The notes beneath the pieces are model-generated. The model was not told where the DNA came from. It worked only from the letters and a program-made list of their open reading frames with translations, and did not search any database. Below are positions 51,179 to 64,000 of a stretch of DNA of 64,000 nucleotides, piece by piece. Position numbers and translations under genes: made by a program. The stretch comes from Lingula anatina. Lineage: Eukaryota; Animalia; Brachiopoda. The first letter of the stretch is position 1. Each line of letters opens with the position of its first letter. The stretch is taken from assembly GCA_051362555.1 (NCBI GenBank), contig CM120640.1, forward strand, positions 42,572,788 to 42,636,787, written 5' to 3'.

Positions 51179-53601
51179 GGTTTGCGCTTACTGGTTAGTA
51201 TACACAATATATTGTTGATGTTTTGATTCTGAATATTCAGTTGCTGTGGGATATTTTATGTTATTAATAAAAAGAAACAAATTTTGGAGTTAAACTAGGA
51301 TTTCAACCTGCCTGATATTGTAGAACTACCTATTACAGCATAAGCATTAGTAACTAATGCAGTCAGTACGGAGTTGTGTGGTTTGGAGAAGCTGTGTGTG
51401 TGGTGTATGGGGGCTGTTAGCTTGACAGTGGGTAGTTTGACATTGTTTTCTGGTTATATCGTGGGCTGTTGTTTCTTGTTGATGTTTCCCAATTATCTGC
51501 GTCATAAGTGTTTTGGAAGCCTGTAGTCAGTAAATTATAATGGGATGTTCTTTTTCTGATAAAAGTAGACCTTTTTACTGCAAAAGCTAGGTGTGGTAAT
51601 TGAATCTGTGTTTAATTTTAGGTCCTGTTTTTTTTTTTTAGTTATTATTTACGTTCCCTATTCAGATTATTTTATGTAAATTGTTGTCATATTAGTAAGC
51701 TGAATCCTAAAAGTGGTAAAAAAGCACAATATATAGTTATTGTATGTTTGTTTATTCCTTGGAACATACAAATTTATTACCACTCTCTCCCATCATAAGT
51801 ATATCCCAGCATGATAAGTGATTTATGGATTGAAAAGGACTTTAAGGGCATAAATGGGTATACACATGATGCTTTCAATGCCAATCAATATGTTAACCCT
51901 TCACTTAACCTGTAAATATCCTTTGAACACCTGTATTTATGGATGTATTATCCCAACCTATAGATGTCTGCAACATTTATCATAATGCCAACCAGTCTAA
52001 ATTGTCTATGAAATATACATGTATATTTAACCATCAGTGTGGCAATTTGCAATCTGTTTATGTATTTTTGATAAGAGTACAGTGGAATAAACATAATGTC
52101 ATCAAGATACAGAAAAGATATCTTATAATTTTGATGAATTCCAACATGAATTACTTCTGCCAGAAAAAAAATATTGAAAATAATTTTTTTACCGAGTGTA
52201 CATGTTATTACTTTCCTCACAATTAGAAGATGATCTTTGCACAAAGTGTTGAGTCAGTGACCAGGAAAGCAAGAATATGCTGGTGATTCTTCAGAAATAA
52301 ATATTAGAAGAAAATATGGATGTTAAAATGTCAAGCATTTAGTGTGCTGATAGCATAGTTTCCTCAAGGGTATTTTATCAAGATGCCAGCTTATTGCCTC
52401 TTTCACATTTTCAGTACAGAGAATATCACAGTCGTGTGGAAATGAATTGTGCTTTTTAGCCATGGCTGTTTTTCTTATCAGCAGAAAGTACTGTACTCTA
52501 GTCCTTTCCTGCACTGATTGAAAGGGAATCATCTTAATTACCCTAGTGATGCTGCAACTTTGCCATCATTGACTAAAACACAAGCAGCCATGAAGGTTGG
52601 GATCAAGGGGCAATATTCTGCAATCATAGCTAATAGGGAATCAATAAGATAACCTCCAAGCTGTGCTCGCGATAAATACCATATCCCAAATAGAAATCAC
52701 AGCGCAGTGGTGCTGCATCTAACCAGATCAACCCTATCAGCTCAAGGATGATGGTCGTAATGTCAGCTCATTCTGGTAAGCAGTCGTATGATTATACACG
52801 CTGCGCTGACGGATGCCTCTATCGATCAACAGAGAAGGTGAAATGAGGGTTTTTCAGGATTCATTTCTCATAAGAATTCCTAGAGGGAGTTCAGAGAAAT
52901 TAAGAGAGATCAGAGTGTCAACTGGAATTGATAATGGGTCGTGATTGCTAGGTTTTTGGTTGGTTAAAGAGCCAGACCAGGCTATCTGACATATGCTTAA
53001 GCTTGTTTGTGGAATTTTGGATTTAGATTGAAAGTATGCTTATCTGTACATCAGTTGAGCAATAATTTTGTTCTTTGTATCATTTCATTGTTATAAGTCT
53101 ATCAGCTCATTGTTTCCTTTGGTCTCAGCCAATTTACTTAACTTTATAAATCCTATCTGCTTACGCAGGCCAAAGGATAAATACATTGCTAACTTACAGA
53201 AAAAGGGGAGGAGGTATTGGCACAAATAAACTTAATGAAACAAAGTTGACTTACTGCTGTATGTCAATTTCACCTTATTCATTCAATACACCACTTCTTA
53301 ACACCCATTCCACATTACTTTCAAATTTTGTTTTTCTTTTATAAAATGTGCTGTTTACATTAGCAATTTTTGCCAGCTCTTGCCATGATAAGCTTCTGGG
53401 CATATTATTTTTGAAAAGTTTAGATAGAGCAAGTTTAGGGCATTTTATTGTTATCAAATACAAAATAGTCCTTACCTTACAAAAAGTGCCTTTAGATATA
53501 GTAAGAGAGACAGAATATGCTGTTTCAGAAAAACTGGCAGTTTAACATTATTTTTTATCTGGTGGATATGGCACAGATCTAAAGATTCATTATGATGTTC
53601 A

Positions 53602-53929
53602 TTAAATGCATATTATGCATGTTATACCTTAATATAGCAAAAAATGAATTTCCTGGAAATTCCAGCAATTTTTCTTTTATCAACTTAATAAAAGCCACTG
53701 AGAAAATTGATCTATTTAATTGTTTTTTGGTTAAAAATTCCTGAGTGAAATTCACAGTGCAGATTCTTCAAAGACTGAAAACTTCAAACTCAAATATTGG
53801 TTTATAGATTGTAATTTTCTCCATTTTCGGATAGGGTGTATACCTTGATGATACAGGGGAAATTGCTGAAATTTCCTGGAAAAATAATTTTTGGATATAT
53901 GATATCTGATGCTCCTTGTATACCTTTAA
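53602..53929. mobile_element. Old TTAA-flanked MITE, Kolobok-like ends
   Basis: CAAAAATGAATTTCCTGGAAATTCCAGCAATTT pairs with AAATTGCTGAAATTTCCTGGAAAAATAATTTTTG; looser similarity extends to TTAA at both ends, the right end reading TTAA-AGG on the minus strand. Confidence 0.55.
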
Positions 53930-54781
53930 TTTCTTATCAGACATCTATGGTCTAGGTCAAAAGGTTTGTTTTGATATCTCTTAATGGGGCTGATAGGGCA
54001 CACATTTTGATGGTTGATGCTTATCTTTTCATTGGAAAATGAAGTAGTTAAAGAGATTTCTGTGAATTGTTTGGCAGAATCACTTTCCAGTGAACTCTGC
54101 ATCACACTGCATGTACTCAGCTTTTGGACATAGTATTTGATGGATGCTTATATGGATATAGACATATGTGAAATGAATATATAAGAATATATATAAAAAC
54201 ATATAAAAACAGTATATGCCAAATATAATTTTGTTTATTGTAGTATCAGTGTATGAACAACTGTAAGCTGTAACAAAAAAAAGTACTTCAGTGATCCCAT
54301 TATCTGCCAGTTAATTGTTTCTTAGAAAAAAGATAAAATTAAACAAGGTATTTCACCTTAATGTCTTTGTAATTGCAAAAGCGTGCAACATCAAGTTGTC
54401 TTCAACTTCAAGATAAACTTTACCAGGTAAAGGAGTTTTGTTTTGATTGTTTCCTAAGAAAATGATTAGTGATGACAGTATTTTAAGCAATCTTTTCTAA
54501 ATATACTTTGATGCATCGGCATTAACATGGCTAAATGTTAGGCCAGCTGAAAGGGCACCGCAGGATGATTGTCTTTCAGTGGAAAGCATGACATTATATG
54601 TGTTCCCTGGTCTCTGTGATAAACTTTTTTCAGTTTACTTAATTTTGTAGATAATTGATAATGATTCCACCAGTATAACTGGTTTTGATATGCAGTCACT
54701 TATGTTGAGCTGTGTATGATTATAGCTTCATGTACTTCTAGCCATATTTGATTTTGAAGTCAATGGGTGTAATTCTTCATA

Positions 54782-54784
54782 TTT

Positions 54785-54843
<59 letters not shown>
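54782..54843 (+). repeat. (TTTA)n microsatellite
   Basis: Directly visible. Confidence 0.92.
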
Positions 54844-57800
54844 TATCATGAACAAACCTTCCTGAACCCATTTGTCTCCAAAAAGTGGTTTTTCATCCTT
54901 AAAATCAATGTATTTACAGTTTCATGAGGGTTAACAAATGTTAATTTATATATTCATTAGAGACTAGATACTCAGTAGTATGAACTTTTTTAGAATTTGA
55001 TTTTACTTGAAGACTGCTGAAAGGGCCAATGACAATAAAATAGGATTTTGGTACATTTTTTTCCTTAAATAGGTACTATTTTAATATTTTTCTATCTGTT
55101 GCACAAATGTGAATTGAATATTAGTCTTAGTACATTTGGACGTCATCTAGAAACCTAGCAAATAGCAATCATATGCTGAATGTGGTACTGGCAATTCTAC
55201 TTTAATGATGAACTTAGAGGACAGTTCAACTCTCTTTGGGACACGTGTCTTAAAGTATTTTTCAGTATCAGCAATGACTTTGTTATCCTTGATCTGAGGC
55301 TCTTTATCAAGGTGATTGGGCATGAGCTGCCCACTCCTGTCCACAACACTAAACCTAATACTCCCTATGCACTCAATCAGGAAGGAAGTTTTCCAGATGT
55401 TTTCCTTAATGTAGGATTATAAGGAATTGATTGGCTTGCTCACACCTTTTGTTCTGTGTTATTAGAATGTGTGTGGCATGTGTGTGCATGTGTATATGTA
55501 TTTAAAAATGCACCGATGTCTTTTTTTTTTTAATTCAGGAAACCTTGGAATTGTCATTTTCATAAGAGGTCATCATTAGTTAGACAGTATTTCATTGTGG
55601 CAACTGAGGCATATGATCATACCATTAACCTCCAAGAGGGACTTAAAAACTAATTTACTTCTGTGTGAATAAAAGCTCATAACCACCATAGAGACAAAAA
55701 AAGCCTAAGGTCTTGTATGTCATGAAGGGTTTTTCAACACAGAAAAATCCAAACTTCTATTGATTTTGAAACAAATGGACCGTTAGGTGTCAACCTGTAT
55801 ATTGATTGTACTCTGCAGCAAAAAAGACATACTGGAGATGTAGTTTACAGTGATTGCTGTATTGAGAACAATGATTAATGGTCCAGTTGCCCTTTATTTC
55901 TACTATCATTTGTGTCTCTGAAGGATAGTAGAGGAGAGTGCCCTTGTTCTAAAGTGCTCATGTGCTTCAAACAGTGGATATGCCTGCTATGTGTGGACAT
56001 ACACACATTTATGTGCATGGATATGCACAATGTTGCATGCATGCACATGTATACACTGTCTGAATTGAACTGGTTAAATAACCCATCTCATGATATCAGA
56101 TTTATTTCATTGCCATGAGTTTCAGCATCTATCAGAAAATCTGAACAGGCATGTTGTTGCCAGTGATCAGTGACAGAAAGTGTATACTATAGAAAGGGCA
56201 GTCATCATCAGGTTGTATTCTGAAACCCGGGGCCTATTTAATTCATTGAATGACATTTCTTGATTTGATTGAAAAAATTGTTGTCACACAAGCAGCAGTA
56301 TATTGCATCTGGAGACTGGCAGAGATATTCCCCAAGTTGACTGACTAGACAAAAAGGGTTTTAGATACACGGTGGGAGTTCCACAAAGAGATCATCACGT
56401 TACGCTTTCACTTCTATTGTACAGTCCCCTGATACTCTTACTGTTTATTTTGTTTCTTGAATAGCAAAAGTTAAAACATAAGGTTTATGTAACTGATATG
56501 ATTAAAGCATTCAAACAGAGTAAGATATTGTTTGCTATTAGTGGTTGCTTGAAGTTGCAGTAATGCTTCACAGTAAATTTGTCAGAATAATAATTATAAC
56601 CCATAACAACTATGGCATATTGACCACTCTCGCTCTCTCTCTTTATATTGTGCATGTACCAAAAACATAATAAAACCTTCATGAAATCTTAGTCCAAAGA
56701 GAGCCTGTAGACTAGTTTGTTTTTCAATTAACCTAGGATATAAGACCCTGATCTGCTTCAAATTTTCATGTTCTTATTTGCTGATCACATCCTAATGCAT
56801 TGGAGCAAGCCCCCTCCTCCCCCTCTCTCTTTCTCTCTCTTTCTCCTGGCAGAATTCCTAGTTCCAAGAAGTTGTAGTTGCTAGTTCATACCCATGGGTT
56901 TCACCTAAATATCCATATGATTCCAACAATAATTATGATAAAAGTGGACACTATAAGTGATATACTGAAATAGATACAAGGTTTGACAGCTTATTGCTAA
57001 TTTGTATGAGTTAGGATAAAGTAGGATTTGGGAGAAATACGGTTATTCATCTTTTAATATAGTAATACAGAATAGAATATGAAATGGTTATATAACAACT
57101 GCATAGCAAAATCTGGAGTTGAAAATAAAATATAAATGCTAATTTTACATATGGCGTACAGCTTAGTGATTTTACTTTATTTGTCCTGGGGCTTCAAAGG
57201 TAAGGAGTCTGAATTATTCCTATACATACATGTAGGCAACAAACTACAAATAAGTACAACCACATCTTACATTAAAAAGACATTCAAATCCAATATCAAA
57301 CCTTGCTCAACATTCTATGCATATATAACTTCTTTTTATTCATAAAAAATCCATTTGTATTTGTAGACATATTATCTTTGCCAAATGGTTTTATGCATAT
57401 CAAACAAGGCATTTTCTACATAAAACATGATCATTTTACCATAGAAACCTTTTCCTGAAATGGTAATTATTACATCAGATACATTTGCAAGGTTGATAAG
57501 GGGCTGCTTTTGCTTTTAAGTAAAACACAAAAAAAATGACACAAGAGAAAACATACTGTTTCAGAATTATTGACTTTTTTAATAATTAAAAGTGTGTTAC
57601 TCCCTGAACATTGAGTGGAATAACTGTTTCAGCAGTTTTTCTTTGGAATACCAGAACCATATATAAGACAGAAATTTGATACCAGTAAGTTTCAGTTGAC
57701 TGGTATTGATGATTTCCTTGTCAAATTTAAATTGTGTGCTTTTAGATCTACTGTGGACTGGTTCTAATGCTATATTTTAACTCTATTATGTGACACAATA

Positions 57801-58891
57801 TATTTTATGAATACATGTCTCAATTATAGTTTATTGTAACTGTTATTCCCTTCTTGCCTTGTCTCCATGTTGGGTTTATTTAAAAAAAAACAATTATCAA
57901 TTATAAGATTTGTACTTTTAGAACCATCCAAAATGATGGAATATTATTAGTTCATGTGTACCTGTTCAGCAGAGGATGTTCTTTAACAACAGCAAGATAA
58001 AACTTGCCATGTTGGCTCAGAACTCTTGTCTAGCTAATGATGAGTAATCTTCAACTTGCTTTTAAAACTGCCTTTTCTTCAAATCTACTGATTCAGTATT
58101 TTGAGAGATTATTGAAGTGCAATTAATCTTAACAAGTATGTTGAAAATCTCTATGAAATTTGCGTAGGATATGTTAGTACAAGGAAGCACATTTCATTTA
58201 TGATGCTAATCACTTCTTCATTGATATCAGCACTTACATTAAATTGTCAAAGTATAGCCAAGTCTTATTTTATCTCACCATTATTGATTATGAAAGCTTT
58301 AATTCATGAATATTTGCAAAAAAAAAATCTGCTTCACTTACTGCTGCTACCTGTGTTACAGACACTGAGAAATTTTCTCTGATCTAAAATAATGTAGTAC
58401 ATTTGCCATAAATATTTTCTATAATTGGAGCTTGAGAATTTTGAAGAGGCAAAAAGGCTTGCTTACCTTTGAAACTCCAGCTCCCCACTAGCTTATTGCT
58501 TCTACACAAATTGGAATAAGTTGGGGTTTTTTCAACCTCAGAGTCCAACAACTATTTTGACAACAAGGCATTGATTAAAAAACTCTCATAGAAATAAGTG
58601 AACATTTCCTTTTATCAATCAAAAAAGTGTGCATATTCCTCATTTCAAGACGTGCATCTGTTCTCAAGAAGCTGTGTTTGATAAATGTCAGATTCTCCTC
58701 TGGGATCGCAAACCTGAGCTCAGTGCTGTAGAATTCTGTTCATCATAAAAAGAATAAAGACAGCGATAGACTACTGGTACTTACTTGTTCTGCCTCTTCA
58801 GGTGTACTGGTAGACAACCTTTTCATTACCACATCAATACCTCAACCATTCCTACGGCTGTTTCCCAATAAAGTGAAAATAACTAACTGAA

Positions 58892-58938
58892 TTCTTACCA
58901 CAATATATGTTTGTTCTTACCACAATATATGTTTGTTC
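58892..58938 (+). repeat. 22-bp perfect tandem duplication
   Basis: TTCTTACCACAATATATGTTTG occurs twice head to tail. Confidence 0.9.
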
Positions 58939-59757
58939 ATGACCTTTGTATTTTCATTTAGAATTCAATTCAGTGGTCGTTTCCCTAACACAATTACCAT
59001 ATCTCTCACGTGGGCTACTAATAAGCGGTATCATTTCAGCCAATAACCACGCTGCTAGTGAGAGTAACTTCTAGTATGTGGATTAAGGGTAGAAAACATC
59101 ATTCTGTTGACAAACTGGTGGTAGGATGGCTTACATCAGTACTAGAAAAATACCCAAGAGGGTTTTGTTTTCTAATTAGTAAGTTACGGAGACATTGATG
59201 ACCAAGCGGCAGTGATTGGATATTAGAATGCAGGCAGCCCTGCTGCCAGATAGTTCACTGTCTTATTCCTTGGGGCTTCTTCTACTTACTCAGCTCTGTT
59301 TCAATTGAATCCATGGAATTCAAAAGATTGCTATTACATTTGCCTTTATCTCCCTCTGTTGATCAATTTTTTTGCTCCCTTTTTGACCATAATTGGGCAG
59401 TTGGGGTCATTTAATGTCACAATGAGGCCTTTGGTGTATGGATAATGACCTATTGTTGACCAAAGTAGTAGGTATACTTAGAGGAATTTTGATCATGCAT
59501 GAGATTGAAATTCTTCATTCTCATAATTGCAAAACAAATCAGCCATAGTAATAATGGCTTCCATCATCTTTTTGCTTGAAGGGATGATGTGCAAATGATG
59601 AATATCGCAAGTGCAAAACTGATGGAAGTATTCAGAATATGAAGAAACGGCTTGTCCGCCTTATTTAACTGCTGCATGAAAAAGGATAATGGGCAATATG
59701 TATTTTGGTGTCTGTTGAATATAAGAGATGTGGAGGTACCTGCTGGTGAATGGCCAA

Positions 59758-59843
59758 CTTAATACCCACAAGTGACTGTACTAATACCCACTGTGACTGA
59801 TCTAATACCCACCAGTGACTGGCTAGCCTAATACCCATCAGTA
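59758..59843 (+). repeat. Minisatellite, ~21-26-bp unit x4
   Basis: TAATACCCA four times, three followed by GTGACTG. Confidence 0.85.
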
Positions 59844-62800
59844 TCTGGATAAACACTTCTCAGTACCTTGGGATAGCACCCGCTGGTGCCTGACAAAGTA
59901 CCAAAAAGAATTAGATTGAATACCTTCAGTGTATGTTGCATTTTTGTCTGGAAAACACTTGGAACATTTTGCAAAACACCTACTTCACCTGGCATTGCTG
60001 TTTGACATCATTCATAATTGTTGGCTAATTTGGAGGCTGTTGCAAATGATGGCACATCCATTAAAAATGATAAAACAACTCAGTATATTCATGCTTAGTA
60101 TATTCATGCTTTACCATTTTACACTTATTTTAAAATATCTAGCTGCCAATTGACATTTAAAAGGGATGCCTGCATGTGTTTTTGAAATACTTAATATATA
60201 TATATTTTATTCTTTAAAAGAGCGATCTGATAATAAAACACCTCTTGTATCTCTTTGTAAATCTATATCATATTTCAACTATTGACTGAAGTTTTTATTT
60301 ATTTATTCATTTATTTATTTATAAATTGGGTATCCACGGCACCTTAGGAATATTCATGCCTATTTCAGGAAAAACAGTTACTACTGGTATAAAATTTTGT
60401 AGACTAAAAACATACCACATTTAATAGTACTCTTACCATTCATTCAGATCACTATTTTGATTGCCTTGTCGATAAGTTAAATTGAAATCATAAAGTTTTA
60501 TTTGGGTTTGGCATAGAGTAAAGCAGTCTTAATTGGCCAAGCATCAATCAACCCATTTATTGTGTTTGCCATTAATGTCTTTAATGAAATCTTATAACCA
60601 CTCTGGGTGAAGGAGTTATGAAACGTATTATATGAAATTCTTACCAGAAAAGGTTGACTTTCTGTATCTTTCATTTTGAATTCTCGGCTCCATGCAGTGA
60701 TGACTTTGATGACTCCAATAATCAGGTCAGAAGAACCACTTTTGCTGTGGCTTCTGGCATTCCTGTATCATATGAAAATGAGAAGAAACAAAGGTGTAGA
60801 ATACAATCTTAATGACTTTCAGTATAGAAGTTGATCCTTTCAAGCAGTTTCCTATTGAAATATATCATATCCAGTTCAGTAATGCCCTTGTTGACATGTA
60901 GGCAACACTGCTCTTTATTAATTTTTTATTATATCTTGCTATAGGGTGCTAATTAAATGGTCAGCCATATGGTATAGTTGTACAACCAGGTTGTAATGTA
61001 AAATATTGCCATGTAACTTAACGTACACATGTACCTGATGAAAAAACAGAGGTACCTGTTATCCACCAGTACCTGTTTTAACCTACTGGTGTGTTTTTAA
61101 AAAATGCTTCAGTGTTTTGGTCGGGTTCTACTAAGAGTCATGTGCAATTTCTTCCGGTATCTGCCATCTTGATTGATGGAGTGGTCAATTGCACATATCA
61201 TTAGGAGCATTAGGAGCAATCAGGCCTCAACCCTGCCAGCCAGAAAGCCAGGCACAAAAATGGCATCAAAGACTTCTAAGAATGATGACTTTTACTTTGA
61301 TTTAAGCAAATTGCAGCTGAAAGTACTGAGAGAAAATGAGTTACTTTCCCCCTTATTTTTTCAGACTTTGCGTGGGTTGTGTTTTCAATCGTTCTTAATG
61401 GTGTTTTATTGACTTAATGTCAATGACCATTGCATGGACATATGGAGAAATGGTGTAAACATCCATTTTCTGACATGATGGAAACACCAAATCAACATGA
61501 TGGATATGCAACAGTCAATAGATGTACTAGTATTGTGTTAGGATTATTCACAGTTTCAGTATTATTAAATGGAAGATGATTTTTTTTCTCCAAACTGCAG
61601 TATTATGGCACGGTAACTGGCATTTTCTGTGTTTGTACATTACCAAATTACAATACCAATACAGCAATGGTTTTTGCTGAGTAAATATTTGCTAAAAAAA
61701 ATGATGGAGAGTCAGTTGTACCAGTGTTTTTGGCATGTTTTATAATGAGTATCTCCAAGTAACAGAGGAACATATTGACCAAGTAAACCAGCCTTAATGT
61801 CAGAATGATGAAATAAGATCATGGAAAAAATCAGGTGCCCTTTTGACTTGTTTTAAATGGGAGATAGACAGGTTGCATGAAACTTATATCAAAATGCAAA
61901 CTATGACACATAACTACCAGAACAGTGAAAGCAATGACAGTAAATTTTTATGGTACATCTACTGTAATAAACCATTACTTTTAATTATCAATATATATTA
62001 CAAACATTAAAAATTATAAATTCAATGCTTTTTTCTGGAACAACAAAAAGAAGGGGGCAGATTTTTATTATTCTTTTATATTATTTTATTTTTTTAATTT
62101 TTTAAGCTTCAATGAAATTTTTGTGCCAAGGAGATTCTCCAGAGGATGCAGTTAATTAGGCAAAGCAGGTGTAAATGAGCTGCTGCAGTGGATATTTGGG
62201 AATTTTTTGTCATTTCTATTTTGAATGTGTTATTTGATACAAAAATAAAAATTCTTAGCAAATATAGAATGAGTAAAGCCATACTTCATTGGTAGTTTGT
62301 AAGATAAGTATATCCACATAACCTGAGGATAATTCTCAATTCAGTTTGCCTGCATTATTTGTTGTGAATTTTGATCATATTTAGATAATTCAACTTGATA
62401 CCAATTTTAGTTGTATAGTAAAAAATAAAAAAATGCTTCTCACTCTTAGAGGAAAATACAATGAAACCTATTCAGCTAAGGTTTATTCTGACAGAAGGCA
62501 ATAATTATGAAGAAGAAGAAGAATGTCATGTAGTGTTTTTCATGGTTACAGTATACACATGGCTGCTTTTTCTTTTTGATTTGCAAGGACAGGCTGTGAT
62601 TAACTATTGCATTCATTTATATTAAGATAAAAGCACACACTCTAATTCTAATGAACAAAACAAGGCAGATAACTGTCTGGTGTGCTTTGATGATTTAATT
62701 AGATTAAGAATATGATGGTGATTGTGACGTGTTTCTAATTGGGATGATACGTTTTCATCAAAATTGACAGCATAAATATAATTATTGTTCATTGATGTAA

Positions 62801-63180
62801 TAACTTAGCAATCCAGTTTTCAAAACAGATTTATAGCTGTTTAATTGTTCATAACAGTGGTTAGGTAAGTAGATTTACATTTCACATAAGAAGTAACATA
62901 AATATGTTTTATGGACCAGTTTTCTTTGCATAATAAATTATTTATCTAAAATGATCTAAGTATTTTGTTCCTAAGTAAAGAACAGTACCTGATACATGAA
63001 TTATATGTATATATACCAGAAAGCACTAGCTCTGCATTGCTACAGTATTTACATACCCACAATTGATGAGAAGAAAAGGTCATATGCAAACTTATGTTTA
63101 AGAAAAAAGTTTTATGTCGCTATTGAGTTCATCAGATATTTTTTTTGTCTTGTTATTCAGAAGAACCTAAGGTTTAAAAC

Positions 63181-63216
<36 letters not shown>
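63181..63216 (+). repeat. (CT)n microsatellite
   Basis: Directly visible. Confidence 0.93.
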
Positions 63217-63219
<3 letters not shown>

Positions 63220-63664
63220 TAGAAAACAGAATTATAATTTGTGCACATTAGTACTCTAAATGAGGTTTGAAATTTTGTTATATTTTTCTTTACTTTGACC
63301 ATCACTAGCTTATCTTTTCCATCTAGCTAATAGAATTGGTAAAATAGGACCATATTTGGAAGAGTAATTCCTTTTGTGAACACCACAAATTTGATCTAAA
63401 ACATGTTGTTGAAATATATGTTTAAAGACAAGTTGTTTGACTGGGCACTTTCTTGGACATATTGCTATTGATTATCAATTATTAGTTGTTTGAAAAGAAA
63501 ACCTCCAGGGTGCCTACTGCTCTGATGTACTAAATCACAAAAAGACAAACATCCTATAGTGTAATAAGCTCTGGGTGGTACAAGTAAATGAAGAAAAAAG
63601 CTAAAACAAGTTCAGTCATAAACCTTCCTGCAGTTAGAAACAACTCTTCCTTTCACCACTCTCA

Positions 63665-63670
<6 letters not shown>

Positions 63671-63717
<47 letters not shown>
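63671..63717 (+). repeat. (CT)n microsatellite
   Basis: Directly visible. Confidence 0.95.
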
Positions 63718-63720
<3 letters not shown>

Positions 63721-64000
63721 CTGCCCAAACAGCAGTTGCTTTCAGCTTTTCCTGCCAGAGGTAGATAAAAATGATGAGATTAACAACTCCTTGGAGGAAA
63801 CATCAACTATCTAAATTCAATTGTTTTTTAGATTTCCCATTAAGATCCAAAACCATTATGATACTTTTGAGGTGGCCGGAATCTCTCTCTCTGTAGAGCC
63901 CGTTGGTCTGGGTCAATCTGGAGAGTAAGCTGTCAAACCAGGGGGTCAGGTGGAGGTTACGGCACCATCATTTCAAATAGATTTCTCATTAAATTCCAGT

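Overview
AT-rich, visibly CpG-depleted eukaryotic DNA that looks like animal (probably invertebrate) intron or intergenic sequence; the taxon cannot be fixed from sequence alone. None of the listed ORFs is a credible full gene, and I found no rRNA, tRNA, CRISPR array or operon. Supportable content: (i) one well-formed 61-nt candidate exon on the minus strand (21266-21326, peptide MTDHVLKNKLKRITDEL, family not recognised); (ii) foldback MITEs with PIF/Harbinger-like ends, including one nested in the TIR of a relative; (iii) three families of non-autonomous Helentron/Helitron-like (HINE/DINE-1-type) elements, two adjacent copies of which carry unrelated ~146-147 bp tandem repeats; (iv) a 108-bp RTE-clade LINE 3' end with a perfect 14-bp target-site duplication, sitting inside one of those elements; (v) micro- and minisatellites; (vi) speculative splicing signals (a minus-strand recursive-splice-like site, plus-strand microexon candidates) and a TALE/Hox motif cluster. 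I cannot confirm a new biological system. The best leads are the nucleosome-length repeats in rolling-circle-type elements and the giant-intron splicing signals.
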